Shown piece by piece: positions 46,991-55,902 of a stretch of DNA of 64,000 bases. This DNA is from Planctomycetota bacterium (lineage in GTDB: Bacteria > Planctomycetota > JAJSAM01 > JAJVHW01), in the NCBI GenBank assembly GCA_965248445.1, contig CBDFJG010000003.1, forward strand, positions 1,344,001 to 1,408,000, read 5' to 3'. The position numbers and the translations under genes are program-made. The notes under the pieces were generated by a model. That model was not told where the DNA came from. It did no database searches and was given only the letters and a program-made list of their open reading frames with translations. How positions within the stretch are numbered: the first letter of the stretch is position 1; every line of letters begins with the position of its first letter.

Positions 46991-47409
46991 CACTCGCCCC
47001 GCTCGGAGTACGCCGGGTGCTCCGACGCCATGTGCCGCTTGAGGTTCTGGAACTCGCGGTCGCAGCACGGGCAGATGCCGTGCTTCACGCGCTTTGTCTC
47101 GTTCTTCTTGCGGGTGAGGTGGCCCTTGTAGGCGATGGCGCGGCGCTCTTGCCGGCGGGCCTCGTCGCGGGCGCTGTCGCGCTCGTCGCGGCGCCACTGG
47201 AGCTTCTGCTCGAGGGCCTTCTTCTCGCGCTCAAGGCGTGAGTTCGTGTCCTCGTGGTAGGAGATCGAGCAGCCGCGCGGGCAGTAGAACCCCTTGCCGG
47301 TGTTCTTCCGTTCCGCGTGCCAAGAGGATGGCAGAGCGAACCGGATCGCGCACGCGCCGCACGAGATGATCGTCAGCGTCGTCATGTCGGTCAGGGTCTC
47401 GTGGCTCAT
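46990..47409 (-). CDS. Phage Zn-finger/coiled-coil protein
   Basis: CGAC..FYCPRGC; coiled coil; CPCC...LKRHMASEHP. Confidence 0.75.
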   Translation of the reverse strand: MSHETLTDMTTLTIISCGACAIRFALPSSWHAERKNTGKGFYCPRGCSISYHEDTNSRLEREKKALEQKLQWRRDERDSARDEARRQERRAIAYKGHLTRKKNETKRVKHGICPCCDREFQNLKRHMASEHPAYSERGE

Positions 47410-47501
47410 CCCTTCGTCCCTCCGTCCCCGTCCGGGGCGTCGTCCGCCAGCAGCGCGCGGAGCTTCGTGGCGCTGCACGTCCTGTAGCGCATCCCGCCCG
47501 T

Positions 47502-48249
47502 CGGGACGTGTCAACGACTTTGAGACACCGCGTCTTCGAGTTTAGTGAGCAGCCTCCTGTGTCGCAGTCTCCAGCGCCGCGAGTTCCCGGGCCGGCGGGT
47601 TGATCCACGTCTCGGTCGGCAGAGCCGGCGGCGTCGGCGCACGGCGCACGAAGCGCTCGGGATGCGCCGCGTACGCGGCATCGAGCACGACCGAGCGCGC
47701 GGCGACGGCCGCTTCGGCGCGGCCGTAGTGCACGGTCTCGGGCGTCAGCAGCCCGAGACTCGAGTGACGATGCTCGCGGTTGTACCAGTGGAAAAAGGCG
47801 CGGCAGTGCGCCCGCGCGTCCTCGATGCAGCCGAAGCGCGCTGGGAAGTCCGGCCGGTACTTCAGCGTGCGGAATTGGCTCTCGGAAAACGGATTGTCAT
47901 TCGACGTGTACGGCCGGCTGTGCGACTTCGTCACGCCGAGATCGGCGAGCAGAAAGGCCACCGGCTTGCTGATCATCGGCGGCCCCCGATCGGAGTGGAT
48001 CGTGAGCTGCTCCGCCGCGATCCCCTGCTTCTCGCAGGACTGCTCGATGAGTGCCGTCGCCAGCGCACCGCTCTCGCAGTCCGCCAGCATCCAGCCCACG
48101 ACGTTGCGGGAGTAGATGTCGAGCACGACGTAGAGATAGAAGTAGCTCCACTTCACCGGGCCGCGGAGCTTGGTGATGTCCCAGCTCCAGACCTGGTTCG
48201 GGGAGGTCGCGAGGAGCTCGGGCTTCTTGTACGCGGGATGACGCAGCTG
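47502..48249 (-). mobile_element. IS3-type element, partial copy 1 (right 748 bp)
   Basis: Reverse complement of 49143-49890; 3' part of orfB and right end. Confidence 0.9.
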
Positions 48250-48321
48250 CCCTCTGTGCCAACGTGGCTGAGACACCGACCCCACGGATGATTACTGTGC
48301 AGGGCGGTGGAGGAACCAGCG

Positions 48322-48825
48322 ATGACGAACAACCACAACACAGCGCCGGGGGAGATCCCGGAGCCGAGGGAGGGCGAGCATAGCGAGCGCGATCGAGGCG
48401 GAGGGGGCTCCCCCGGGGCGCGCGGCCCGGGGGACGTTGGGGTGCGCGACCCCGAGGTCGTGCCGCGCGCCTCGCGGCGGCGCTTTGGCGCCGCGTACAA
48501 GCTACGGATCATCGAGGCGGCGGACGCGTGCACGAAGCCCGGCGAGATCGGCGCTCTCTTGCGCCGTGAGGGGCTGTACTCCTCGCACTTGTTGACGTGG
48601 CGGCGCGCGCGGGACCAGGGCCAGCTCGAGGCGCTCTCGCCCAAGCGGCGTGGTCCCAAGCCCGATCCGGACCGTGCGCTCAAGAAGCGCAACGAGCAGC
48701 TCGAGCGCGAAGTCGCCCGTCTCGAGAAGCGGCTCGAGACGGCCGAGGTGATCATCGACGTGCAGCGAAAAGTCTCACGGCTGCTGGGCATCGAGATGCC
48801 CGAGACGAGCGGGAGCGACACGTGA
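48322..48825 (+). CDS. IS3-family transposase OrfA
   Basis: RRRFGAAYKLRII..LLRREGLYSSHLLTWR, leucine-zipper-like coil; RBS ggagga. Confidence 0.9.
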   Translation: MTNNHNTAPGEIPEPREGEHSERDRGGGGSPGARGPGDVGVRDPEVVPRASRRRFGAAYKLRIIEAADACTKPGEIGALLRREGLYSSHLLTWRRARDQGQLEALSPKRRGPKPDPDRALKKRNEQLEREVARLEKRLETAEVIIDVQRKVSRLLGIEMPETSGSDT

Positions 48826-49850
48826 TTGCGGCGGAGGAGCTGGGGGGACGCGTGGGCGTCGCCCCCGCGTGCCGCGCGCTCGGAGTCACGCGCGCCACGC
48901 TCTATCGGCGCCGAACGGCACGCACGTGCCCCCGGCCCCAGCAGCCGCGCCGGCGCTCGCCGCGCGCCCTCACGATCGACGAGCGTCTTACCGTACTCGC
49001 GGTGCTGAGCGAGGAGCGCTTCTGCGATCTGTCACCGCTTGCGGCGTGGGCGATCCTGCTCGACGAGGGACGCTACCTGTGCTCGGTGCGCACGATGTAC
49101 CGCATCCTCGGTGCGGCTGGTGCTGTGCGTGAGCGCCGCAACCAGCTGCGTCATCCCGCGTACAAGAAGCCCGAGCTCCTCGCGACCTCCCCGAACCAGG
49201 TCTGGAGCTGGGACATCACCAAGCTCCGCGGCCCGGTGAAGTGGAGCTACTTCTATCTCTACGTCGTGCTCGACATCTACTCCCGCAACGTCGTGGGCTG
49301 GATGCTGGCGGACTGCGAGAGCGGTGCGCTGGCGACGGCACTCATCGAGCAGTCCTGCGAGAAGCAGGGGATCGCGGCGGAGCAGCTCACGATCCACTCC
49401 GATCGGGGGCCGCCGATGATCAGCAAGCCGGTGGCCTTTCTGCTCGCCGATCTCGGCGTGACGAAGTCGCACAGCCGGCCGTACACGTCGAATGACAATC
49501 CGTTTTCCGAGAGCCAATTCCGCACGCTGAAGTACCGGCCGGACTTCCCAGCGCGCTTCGGCTGCATCGAGGACGCGCGGGCGCACTGCCGCGCCTTTTT
49601 CCACTGGTACAACCGCGAGCATCGTCACTCGAGTCTCGGGCTGCTGACGCCCGAGACCGTGCACTACGGCCGCGCCGAAGCGGCCGTCGCCGCGCGCTCG
49701 GTCGTGCTCGATGCCGCGTACGCGGCGCATCCCGAGCGCTTCGTGCGCCGTGCGCCGACGCCGCCGGCTCTGCCGACCGAGACGTGGATCAACCCGCCGG
49801 CCCGGGAACTCGCGGCGCTGGAGACTGCGACACAGGAGGCTGCTCACTAA
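48822..49850 (+). CDS. IS3-family transposase OrfB (rve/DDE)
   Basis: PNQVWSWDIT, DIYSR, IHSDRG, NDNPFSESQF, YNREHRHS; GTGA overlap with orfA. Confidence 0.92.
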   Translation: MIAAEELGGRVGVAPACRALGVTRATLYRRRTARTCPRPQQPRRRSPRALTIDERLTVLAVLSEERFCDLSPLAAWAILLDEGRYLCSVRTMYRILGAAGAVRERRNQLRHPAYKKPELLATSPNQVWSWDITKLRGPVKWSYFYLYVVLDIYSRNVVGWMLADCESGALATALIEQSCEKQGIAAEQLTIHSDRGPPMISKPVAFLLADLGVTKSHSRPYTSNDNPFSESQFRTLKYRPDFPARFGCIEDARAHCRAFFHWYNREHRHSSLGLLTPETVHYGRAEAAVAARSVVLDAAYAAHPERFVRRAPTPPALPTETWINPPARELAALETATQEAAH

Positions 49851-50059
49851 ACTCGAAGACGCGGTGTCTCAAAGTCGTTGACACGTCCCGGCACCCATAC
49901 TCCGCGCAGCATTGTCCGATCCCAGTGGGCGGCGTGGAGCGGACTGCGTTCAGGGCGGCGAAGTAGTCCTGTACGTCACCCTCGCGGCCTTGTATCCGCA
50001 GGGTATCCTCCAACACGTTCAGCACGTCGCCGCGCCGGATCAGGTCGTCGGCGCGGGGG

Positions 50060-50389
50060 TCAGGCATCGGAAGCCTCGGCCGCCCACGCCTCTACGGATT
50101 GCCACCTTGCGACGCGCTCGGTCCGATCGGTGAGGGTGGTGTAGTAGATGCTCGTCTTGCTGTGCGTGTTGTGGATGCGCGTCACACGGTGCTCGTGAAT
50201 GTCCTCCACGTCGTACTCGTGTCCGTCGAAGTGCGCAACGTCGTCGGCATCGAGTGGCGCGCCCTGCACTCCGCTGAACACGACGCTTCCAACAACAACG
50301 TCACCGTCAAGCGCGACCTGGATCACCTCCTCACGGGTTCCCTCTTCGGAGAAGAACCGCTCACCGTCCGTCGAGTGGCAGAACTTCAT
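50060..50389 (-). CDS. Phage hypothetical protein
   Basis: ATG at 50389 in chain of overlapping minus-strand ORFs. Confidence 0.55.
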   Translation of the reverse strand: MKFCHSTDGERFFSEEGTREEVIQVALDGDVVVGSVVFSGVQGAPLDADDVAHFDGHEYDVEDIHEHRVTRIHNTHSKTSIYYTTLTDRTERVARWQSVEAWAAEASDA

Positions 50390-50529
50390 CGGCACGTACT
50401 CCCATGCGGCCAGCAGGGCACGCAGGTGGTCCGGTAGGGCGCGTAGCTGCAGCAGCCGGACGTGAGGACCGCCATGACCAGGCAGAACACGAACCACACG
50501 AGCGCAGCGACAGCGATGGCCTTCTTCAC
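50386..50529 (-). CDS. Small Cys-rich lipoprotein (47 aa)
   Basis: MKKAIAVAALVWFVFCLVMAVLTSGCCSYAPYRTTCVPCWPHGSTCR; GTGA and ATGA overlaps on both sides. Confidence 0.65.
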   Translation of the reverse strand: MKKAIAVAALVWFVFCLVMAVLTSGCCSYAPYRTTCVPCWPHGSTCR

Positions 50530-51059
50530 ACGCACACCAGCTTCCCGCCACGCTCCACGATCTCGACGCAGCCGGTCGGCGCGCGTTCGTCCGCACCGAT
50601 GGCGAGGAGTTCGTCCAGCAGCATGAAGCCGAAGCGCGCGGCGGCGGCGGCGGCGTTGGCGGCGGCGCGAGCCGTCACCTCACTGGTCACTTCCTCCAAC
50701 GCCTCCAGGCGCTCGGCTTGCGCGGTCATGCCCTGAGTTCGGAGCGCCGCAGGCGCGAACACGCGGACCGCGAGGTCCACCGCCCGGTACATGCGCCGCA
50801 TCTTGACGGCGTGCGTCGATCGCGTTCCCGCAATCCGAGGGATGTAGTCGATGAGCTTCTGTCGGTCGGTGTCGCTGAGCCGGTCGTTCACGCTCTGCGC
50901 GACGCGTGTGATGATCGGACAGGCGCACTTCGGGTGGTCCGAGAACGGCTCCCCGACGATGTAGCTCACCGCTTCCATGACGCACACGCCCTTGCTCGGA
51001 TCGGAGTGCGCACCCGTGTCCAGGCGCAGGGTCAGTAGTTCGAGTTCTCGTGTCAGCAT
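50526..51059 (-). CDS. Conserved phage hypothetical protein
   Basis: GAH..P..GVCVMEAVSYIVGEPFSDHPKCACP..VND pattern; RBS aaggaga. Confidence 0.75.
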   Translation of the reverse strand: MLTRELELLTLRLDTGAHSDPSKGVCVMEAVSYIVGEPFSDHPKCACPIITRVAQSVNDRLSDTDRQKLIDYIPRIAGTRSTHAVKMRRMYRAVDLAVRVFAPAALRTQGMTAQAERLEALEEVTSEVTARAAANAAAAAARFGFMLLDELLAIGADERAPTGCVEIVERGGKLVCV

Positions 51060-51069
51060 CGGTCTCTCC

Positions 51070-51423
51070 TTACAAGCTCGTGTTGGGCCGCGGAACGGAG
51101 GCGAAGCCTGACTCGGGGGCAGCGCCGGCACGCCGTTGATCCCCCTGCGACGCGTCGGCGTTCGTGCCCACCTCCGCGCCATCGCCAGGCCCCGCGTCCG
51201 AACGGGTGTGGATTGCATCGAACAGTGGGCGACCACACACGCGGCACGGACGCGTGGTCGCCAGTACCCCGAAGTCGCCACCGTGGAACATGTGCGACTG
51301 AGCGGGGTCGATGCCGGAGATGTCCGGTGGCGTCGCCCTCCGCCTGCGCTCGTCTTCCACGCCGGCTGCGCGCGCAGCGTCGAGGGCGAAGGCGACGGCG
51401 CGGATGTTGGGCGCCTTCGTCAC
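51070..51423 (-). CDS. Phage hypothetical protein (HxF..CxxC..H)
   Basis: HMF...CRVCGRP...IH; co-oriented with phage ORF chain. Confidence 0.55.
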   Translation of the reverse strand: MTKAPNIRAVAFALDAARAAGVEDERRRRATPPDISGIDPAQSHMFHGGDFGVLATTRPCRVCGRPLFDAIHTRSDAGPGDGAEVGTNADASQGDQRRAGAAPESGFASVPRPNTSL

Positions 51424-51657
51424 GGACGCATGAGGTGGCGTTGCCCTTTGCCCACCTCAAGCTCCGAGCCTGGAGAGCACCGTACCCCGGCTACCCGCGC
51501 GAGCTTCGTCACATCGGCGACCACCTCCGCCGCCGCCGCCTAGAGCTCGGTCAACACCAAGGAGGTGCGGCAATACAGATGGGCGTGAGCACAGCCGCGG
51601 TGATCAAGTGGGAGCTGCGGGACGTGTCAACGACTTTGAGACACCGCGTCTTCGAGT

Positions 51658-52686
51658 TTAGTGAGCAGCCTCCTGTGTCGCAGTCTCCAGCGCCGCGAGT
51701 TCCCGGGCCGGCGGGTTGATCCACGTCTCGGTCGGCAGAGCCGGCGGCGTCGGCGCACGGCGCACGAAGCGCTCGGGATGCGCCGCGTACGCGGCATCGA
51801 GCACGACCGAGCGCGCGGCGACGGCCGCTTCGGCGCGGCCGTAGTGCACGGTCTCGGGCGTCAGCAGCCCGAGACTCGAGTGACGATGCTCGCGGTTGTA
51901 CCAGTGGAAAAAGGCGCGGCAGTGCGCCCGCGCGTCCTCGATGCAGCCGAAGCGCGCTGGGAAGTCCGGCCGGTACTTCAGCGTGCGGAATTGGCTCTCG
52001 GAAAACGGATTGTCATTCGACGTGTACGGCCGGCTGTGCGACTTCGTCACGCCGAGATCGGCGAGCAGAAAGGCCACCGGCTTGCTGATCATCGGCGGCC
52101 CCCGATCGGAGTGGATCGTGAGCTGCTCCGCCGCGATCCCCTGCTTCTCGCAGGACTGCTCGATGAGTGCCGTCGCCAGCGCACCGCTCTCGCAGTCCGC
52201 CAGCATCCAGCCCACGACGTTGCGGGAGTAGATGTCGAGCACGACGTAGAGATAGAAGTAGCTCCACTTCACCGGGCCGCGGAGCTTGGTGATGTCCCAG
52301 CTCCAGACCTGGTTCGGGGAGGTCGCGAGGAGCTCGGGCTTCTTGTACGCGGGATGACGCAGCTGGTTGCGGCGCTCACGCACAGCACCAGCCGCACCGA
52401 GGATGCGGTACATCGTGCGCACCGAGCACAGGTAGCGTCCCTCGTCGAGCAGGATCGCCCACGCCGCAAGCGGTGACAGATCGCAGAAGCGCTCCTCGCT
52501 CAGCACCGCGAGTACGGTAAGACGCTCGTCGATCGTGAGGGCGCGCGGCGAGCGCCGGCGCGGCTGCTGGGGCCGGGGGCACGTGCGTGCCGTTCGGCGC
52601 CGATAGAGCGTGGCGCGCGTGACTCCGAGCGCGCGGCACGCGGGGGCGACGCCCACGCGTCCCCCCAGCTCCTCCGCCGCAATCAC
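51658..52686 (-). CDS. IS3-family transposase OrfB
   Basis: Same translation as 48822-49850. Confidence 0.92.
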   Translation of the reverse strand: MIAAEELGGRVGVAPACRALGVTRATLYRRRTARTCPRPQQPRRRSPRALTIDERLTVLAVLSEERFCDLSPLAAWAILLDEGRYLCSVRTMYRILGAAGAVRERRNQLRHPAYKKPELLATSPNQVWSWDITKLRGPVKWSYFYLYVVLDIYSRNVVGWMLADCESGALATALIEQSCEKQGIAAEQLTIHSDRGPPMISKPVAFLLADLGVTKSHSRPYTSNDNPFSESQFRTLKYRPDFPARFGCIEDARAHCRAFFHWYNREHRHSSLGLLTPETVHYGRAEAAVAARSVVLDAAYAAHPERFVRRAPTPPALPTETWINPPARELAALETATQEAAH

Positions 52687-53186
52687 GTGTCGCTCCCGCT
52701 CGTCTCGGGCATCTCGATGCCCAGCAGCCGTGAGACTTTTCGCTGCACGTCGATGATCACCTCGGCCGTCTCGAGCCGCTTCTCGAGACGGGCGACTTCG
52801 CGCTCGAGCTGCTCGTTGCGCTTCTTGAGCGCACGGTCCGGATCGGGCTTGGGACCACGCCGCTTGGGCGAGAGCGCCTCGAGCTGGCCCTGGTCCCGCG
52901 CGCGCCGCCACGTCAACAAGTGCGAGGAGTACAGCCCCTCACGGCGCAAGAGAGCGCCGATCTCGCCGGGCTTCGTGCACGCGTCCGCCGCCTCGATGAT
53001 CCGTAGCTTGTACGCGGCGCCAAAGCGCCGCCGCGAGGCGCGCGGCACGACCTCGGGGTCGCGCACCCCAACGTCCCCCGGGCCGCGCGCCCCGGGGGAG
53101 CCCCCTCCGCCTCGATCGCGCTCGCTATGCTCGCCCTCCCTCGGCTCCGGGATCTCCCCCGGCGCTGTGTTGTGGTTGTTCGTCAT
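52683..53186 (-). CDS. IS3-family transposase OrfA
   Basis: Same translation as 48322-48825. Confidence 0.9.
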   Translation of the reverse strand: MTNNHNTAPGEIPEPREGEHSERDRGGGGSPGARGPGDVGVRDPEVVPRASRRRFGAAYKLRIIEAADACTKPGEIGALLRREGLYSSHLLTWRRARDQGQLEALSPKRRGPKPDPDRALKKRNEQLEREVARLEKRLETAEVIIDVQRKVSRLLGIEMPETSGSDT

Positions 53187-53450
53187 CGCTGGTTCCTCCA
53201 CCGCCCTGCACAGTAATCATCCGTGGGGTCGGTGTCTCAGCCACGTTGGCACAGAGGGCTCTGCCGCCGCCCTGCCCTGGTAGGCGTGCGTCACGTTCGC
53301 GGCTCTCCGCGGCGGGGTCCGGCGAGGCGTTTCATCCGTCACACCCTCTTTGGTGCCGGGGAGAGCGCGAATATACCCACTTTCTCAGGGCAGGAGTTCA
53401 CGAGTGCTGAGCCGACACACTGGCTCGGGACCCGCATGTCGTACGTCGTC

Positions 53451-53594
53451 AGTCCGGTTGGGCGTCGGCCGGAGAGTCCGGCTGGGCGTTCTCTCGGGAG
53501 TTCGGCTGGGCGTCGGCCGGAGAGTCCGGCTGGGCGTTCTCTCGGGAGTCTGGCTGGGCGTCGGCCGGAGAGTCCGGAGCGGCATTGGTGGGAG
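53451..53594. repeat. 24-bp tandem repeat, alternating A/B units (5 full + 1 degenerate)
   Basis: agtccggctgggcgtcggccggag alternating with agtccggctgggcgttctctcggg. Confidence 0.85.
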
Positions 53595-53673
53595 AGCGGG
53601 GGGACGCGTTCGCGGCGTCCTCGGTGCAGTCTCCGCAGCCGGCCACGAAAACCGTCGCGAGGGTGAGGCGGAG

Positions 53674-55205
53674 GTACCCGTTCAGGGTATGACGGTCCGC
53701 GGCCTCAGCGCGTGATCGGGAGCGCGACGAGAGCCGGCGGCGAGCGGTTGTGCGCGAGTGCCGCGCTGACGTCTGCGAGGTAATCGAAGACGCTCTCGCC
53801 ACGCTGGCGGAGCGTGGCGGTGACGGTCAGGATGCGCTCGACGAAGCGGAGTCCGCGCTCGCTCTGACTTCCGTGCGTTGCGCGTCTCCACAGGACCGGC
53901 TTGCGCACCGCGCGCTCAGCGGCGTTGTTCGTCGGGGAGACGCCAGGGACGTCGGCGAAGGTCCACAGAGCCTCCGCTCGGTCGAGCAGATGCCGAGTCG
54001 TTCCGCGTACTCGGCGGTGCTTGCTGTCTGCGCCGCGCACGAGCAGCGTCAGGAGTCGGTCCCATGTGAGACGCAGCTCACGCCGCATGCGGTCGCGGTC
54101 CCCGTGCTCGCCGAAGTGACGCTGAGCTCGCATGACAGCCTGGGCGAGACGCACGGCCTGCTTGCCGAAGCGCCGGCCGCCGCGCGAGCCCTCGGCCAGC
54201 GCTCGAAAGTCCCTCTCGAGATGCGCCCAGCAGATCTGGCGGCGCTCGGTGGGATGCTGGTCGTAAGCGCCCATACGGTCGGTCACGAGGACGCCCCTGA
54301 AGCGCTTGCCCACGAGTCGCCGCATGGCCTTGGCGCTCCTGCGCCGATCGATACGATGGACCGTGGCGTGCTCACAGACCGCGCTCCACAGCCAATGCAG
54401 CGTGCCACGACGCGACCACGGTGTCTCGTCTACATAGGCGACGCTGCTCGTGCGTACGGCCCCGAGGGCCTCGATGTGCGCTGAGGAGATGGCTCCCGAC
54501 ACCCGCTCCTCGATCGCACTGACCGTGCCCGGTGACATCGAGACGCCGATGACGTCACGCAACAGACGACTGGTCTCGCGCCGCGACAGGCGGAAGACGC
54601 CGACCAGAGCCGCGGTGAGCGCACAGAGTCGCGGGCCGAAGGGACTCGCCGTCACACCGCTTGGCAGCGAGGCAGTGGACGTGGCGCCACAGTCCGTGCA
54701 CCGTGCCCGGTGCAACCGGTGCTCGGTCACCTGGATCAGCCGTGGCGGGACCTCGAAGACCTGCTGGCGTGTCGGGGCGCGATCGATCGGGACGAGCACG
54801 TCGCTCCCACACGCGCTGCACTCGCGCGGGCGGTGGTCCTCTACGCCATCGACCTCGGACTCGTCCACGAGCTTGCGCGTCGCCCCTTTGTGGCCGGGCT
54901 GCGCACCCTGGCGCTTGTCCGACGGCGGCTTGCGCCGCCGCCGCTTCTTGGACCACGACGGATCCGAGGACGGTGGGCGCGAGGAGGTGCGGGAGTCCCG
55001 GCGAAGACGGCTCTCGAGATCGTCGATCCGTGCCGCCTGCCGCTCGATCACCTCCGCCTGCTCGGCAATCGTCTCGTCCCGAGCGTCCAGACGACGGGTC
55101 AGGCGCTCGACCAGATCACGCAGCTCATCGGTGCCCACATCCGATTCATCGACCGAACGGAAAGCGATCTGGATCCGAGCTCAGAACCAAGGGCTGAACG
55201 GGTAC
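53674..55205 (-). mobile_element. IS66-family single-ORF element (ISBst12-like, 1532 bp)
   Basis: Perfect 12-bp terminal IR gtacccgttcag / ctgaacgggtac. Confidence 0.85.
53705..55138 (-). CDS. IS66-family transposase
   Basis: DSRTSSRPPSSD, GAQPGHKG, Zn ribbon, VDETPW, LVTDR, QICWAHLER, PTNNAAERAVR. Confidence 0.93.
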   Translation of the reverse strand: MGTDELRDLVERLTRRLDARDETIAEQAEVIERQAARIDDLESRLRRDSRTSSRPPSSDPSWSKKRRRRKPPSDKRQGAQPGHKGATRKLVDESEVDGVEDHRPRECSACGSDVLVPIDRAPTRQQVFEVPPRLIQVTEHRLHRARCTDCGATSTASLPSGVTASPFGPRLCALTAALVGVFRLSRRETSRLLRDVIGVSMSPGTVSAIEERVSGAISSAHIEALGAVRTSSVAYVDETPWSRRGTLHWLWSAVCEHATVHRIDRRRSAKAMRRLVGKRFRGVLVTDRMGAYDQHPTERRQICWAHLERDFRALAEGSRGGRRFGKQAVRLAQAVMRAQRHFGEHGDRDRMRRELRLTWDRLLTLLVRGADSKHRRVRGTTRHLLDRAEALWTFADVPGVSPTNNAAERAVRKPVLWRRATHGSQSERGLRFVERILTVTATLRQRGESVFDYLADVSAALAHNRSPPALVALPITR

Positions 55206-55327
55206 GCGTAGCGAGCGGCGTGACACCCCGGAGTGAGCCGCCTCCGTAGCAGAGACTGCGTAGGAGGGAGACAAACTGACAAGGAGCGGCGCAAGGATCG
55301 CTGCACGATCCGAGTGACGCGACGCAG

Positions 55328-55864
55328 TCAGTCTTCGACGTAGATCTCAGTGGCGTTCACGACGAGCACACCCGGATCCGGGCGCGGGCCGACGGTGCCC
55401 TTCACGATGAGCACGCTCAGCTCCTTCATCCCGCCGGCACCGTCCAGCGTCGCCTTGAGCGGGCGGCCGTCGGCGCCGACGACCTGGAGCGTCAGCGTTC
55501 CGGCCACGATGGCCTCCTGCGTCATGCAGCAGTAGTCCCACGGCGTTTCGCAGCCGTCGCCCATGACGTCACACGACTCGATCGAGACGTCGCTGCCGAG
55601 CATCAACGCGGCGCGACCGGCAACGAATGGCTTGTCGCCGCCGGCGACCTTGCCGCGCACGATCACGACGTCGCCCTCCTTCGTGCTCTTCTTGACCTCT
55701 GTGACGTCGAGGGCGCCGTCGGGCGCCGCATCGACGAAGAGCGTCGCCGGGAGCGCGACCGCGGTGGCCGTGCCGTTGTCCTTCGGCGGCGCGTCCTCAC
55801 CGTTGCACGCGGGAAGCGCGAGAGCCATCGCCAGTAGTGCGGCCAGAGTGATTCGTTTCGTCAT
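55328..55864 (-). CDS. Lipoprotein with OB-fold-like domain and Cys motif
   Basis: Lipobox LPAC; VIVRGKV; SCD..GDGCETPWDYCC. Confidence 0.75.
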   Translation of the reverse strand: MTKRITLAALLAMALALPACNGEDAPPKDNGTATAVALPATLFVDAAPDGALDVTEVKKSTKEGDVVIVRGKVAGGDKPFVAGRAALMLGSDVSIESCDVMGDGCETPWDYCCMTQEAIVAGTLTLQVVGADGRPLKATLDGAGGMKELSVLIVKGTVGPRPDPGVLVVNATEIYVED

Positions 55865-55902
55865 GGTGTCCCTCGGAACAGTTGGTGTGTGTGTGTTGAA
55901 CT

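Larger units (their letters stand above)
48250..49890 (+). mobile_element. IS3-type element, full copy 2 (1641 bp)
   Basis: ccctctg-TGCCAACGTGGCTGAGACACCG ... CGGTGTCTCAAAGTCGTTGACA-cgtcccg. Confidence 0.9.
47406..50067 (-). pseudogene. Phage ORF split by IS3-type insertion (pieces 49891-50067 and 47406-47501)
   Basis: Joining the flanks gives in-frame MPDPRADDLIRRGDVL...CCAEYGC|TGGMRYRTCS...GTKG* whose stop overlaps the next ATG. Confidence 0.7.
45149..51617. mobile_element. Prophage/integrative element remnant at tRNA-Cys
   Basis: Integrase right after the tRNA, excisionase-like HTH, chain of small overlapping phage-like ORFs; no attR found, right boundary uncertain. Confidence 0.75.
51618..53258 (-). 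mobile_element. IS3-type element, full copy 3 (1641 bp)
   Basis: Reverse complement of copy 2 with the same ends; identical ORF translations. Confidence 0.92.
51435..53330 (+). pseudogene. XRE-family HTH gene split by IS3-type copy 3 (3' limit approximate)
   Basis: YPRELRHIGDHLRRRRLELGQHQGGAAIQMGVSTAAVIKWEL|LCRRP resumes in frame at 53259. Confidence 0.6.
53449..55226 (-). pseudogene. Small repeat lipoprotein split by IS66 (pieces 55206-55226 and 53449-53673)
   Basis: Joined: VSRRSLR|LRLTLATVFVAGCGD... lipobox VAGC, then SPADAQPD/SRENAQPD repeats. Confidence 0.55.

Noticed and set aside
48760..48825. Programmed -1 frameshift signal between IS orfA and orfB
   Set aside because: Only cgaaaag, not a full A6G/A7 motif; the GTGA overlap already explains orfB expression
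53451..53594. Possible CRISPR array
   Set aside because: Contiguous 24-bp units without unique spacers, in-frame with a peptide repeat; no cas genes in the window
55237..55246. gccgcctcc matching tRNA-Cys 3' end as attR
   Set aside because: Only 9 bp of GC-rich sequence; also reads as a minus-strand ggagg RBS; not enough to define the prophage end
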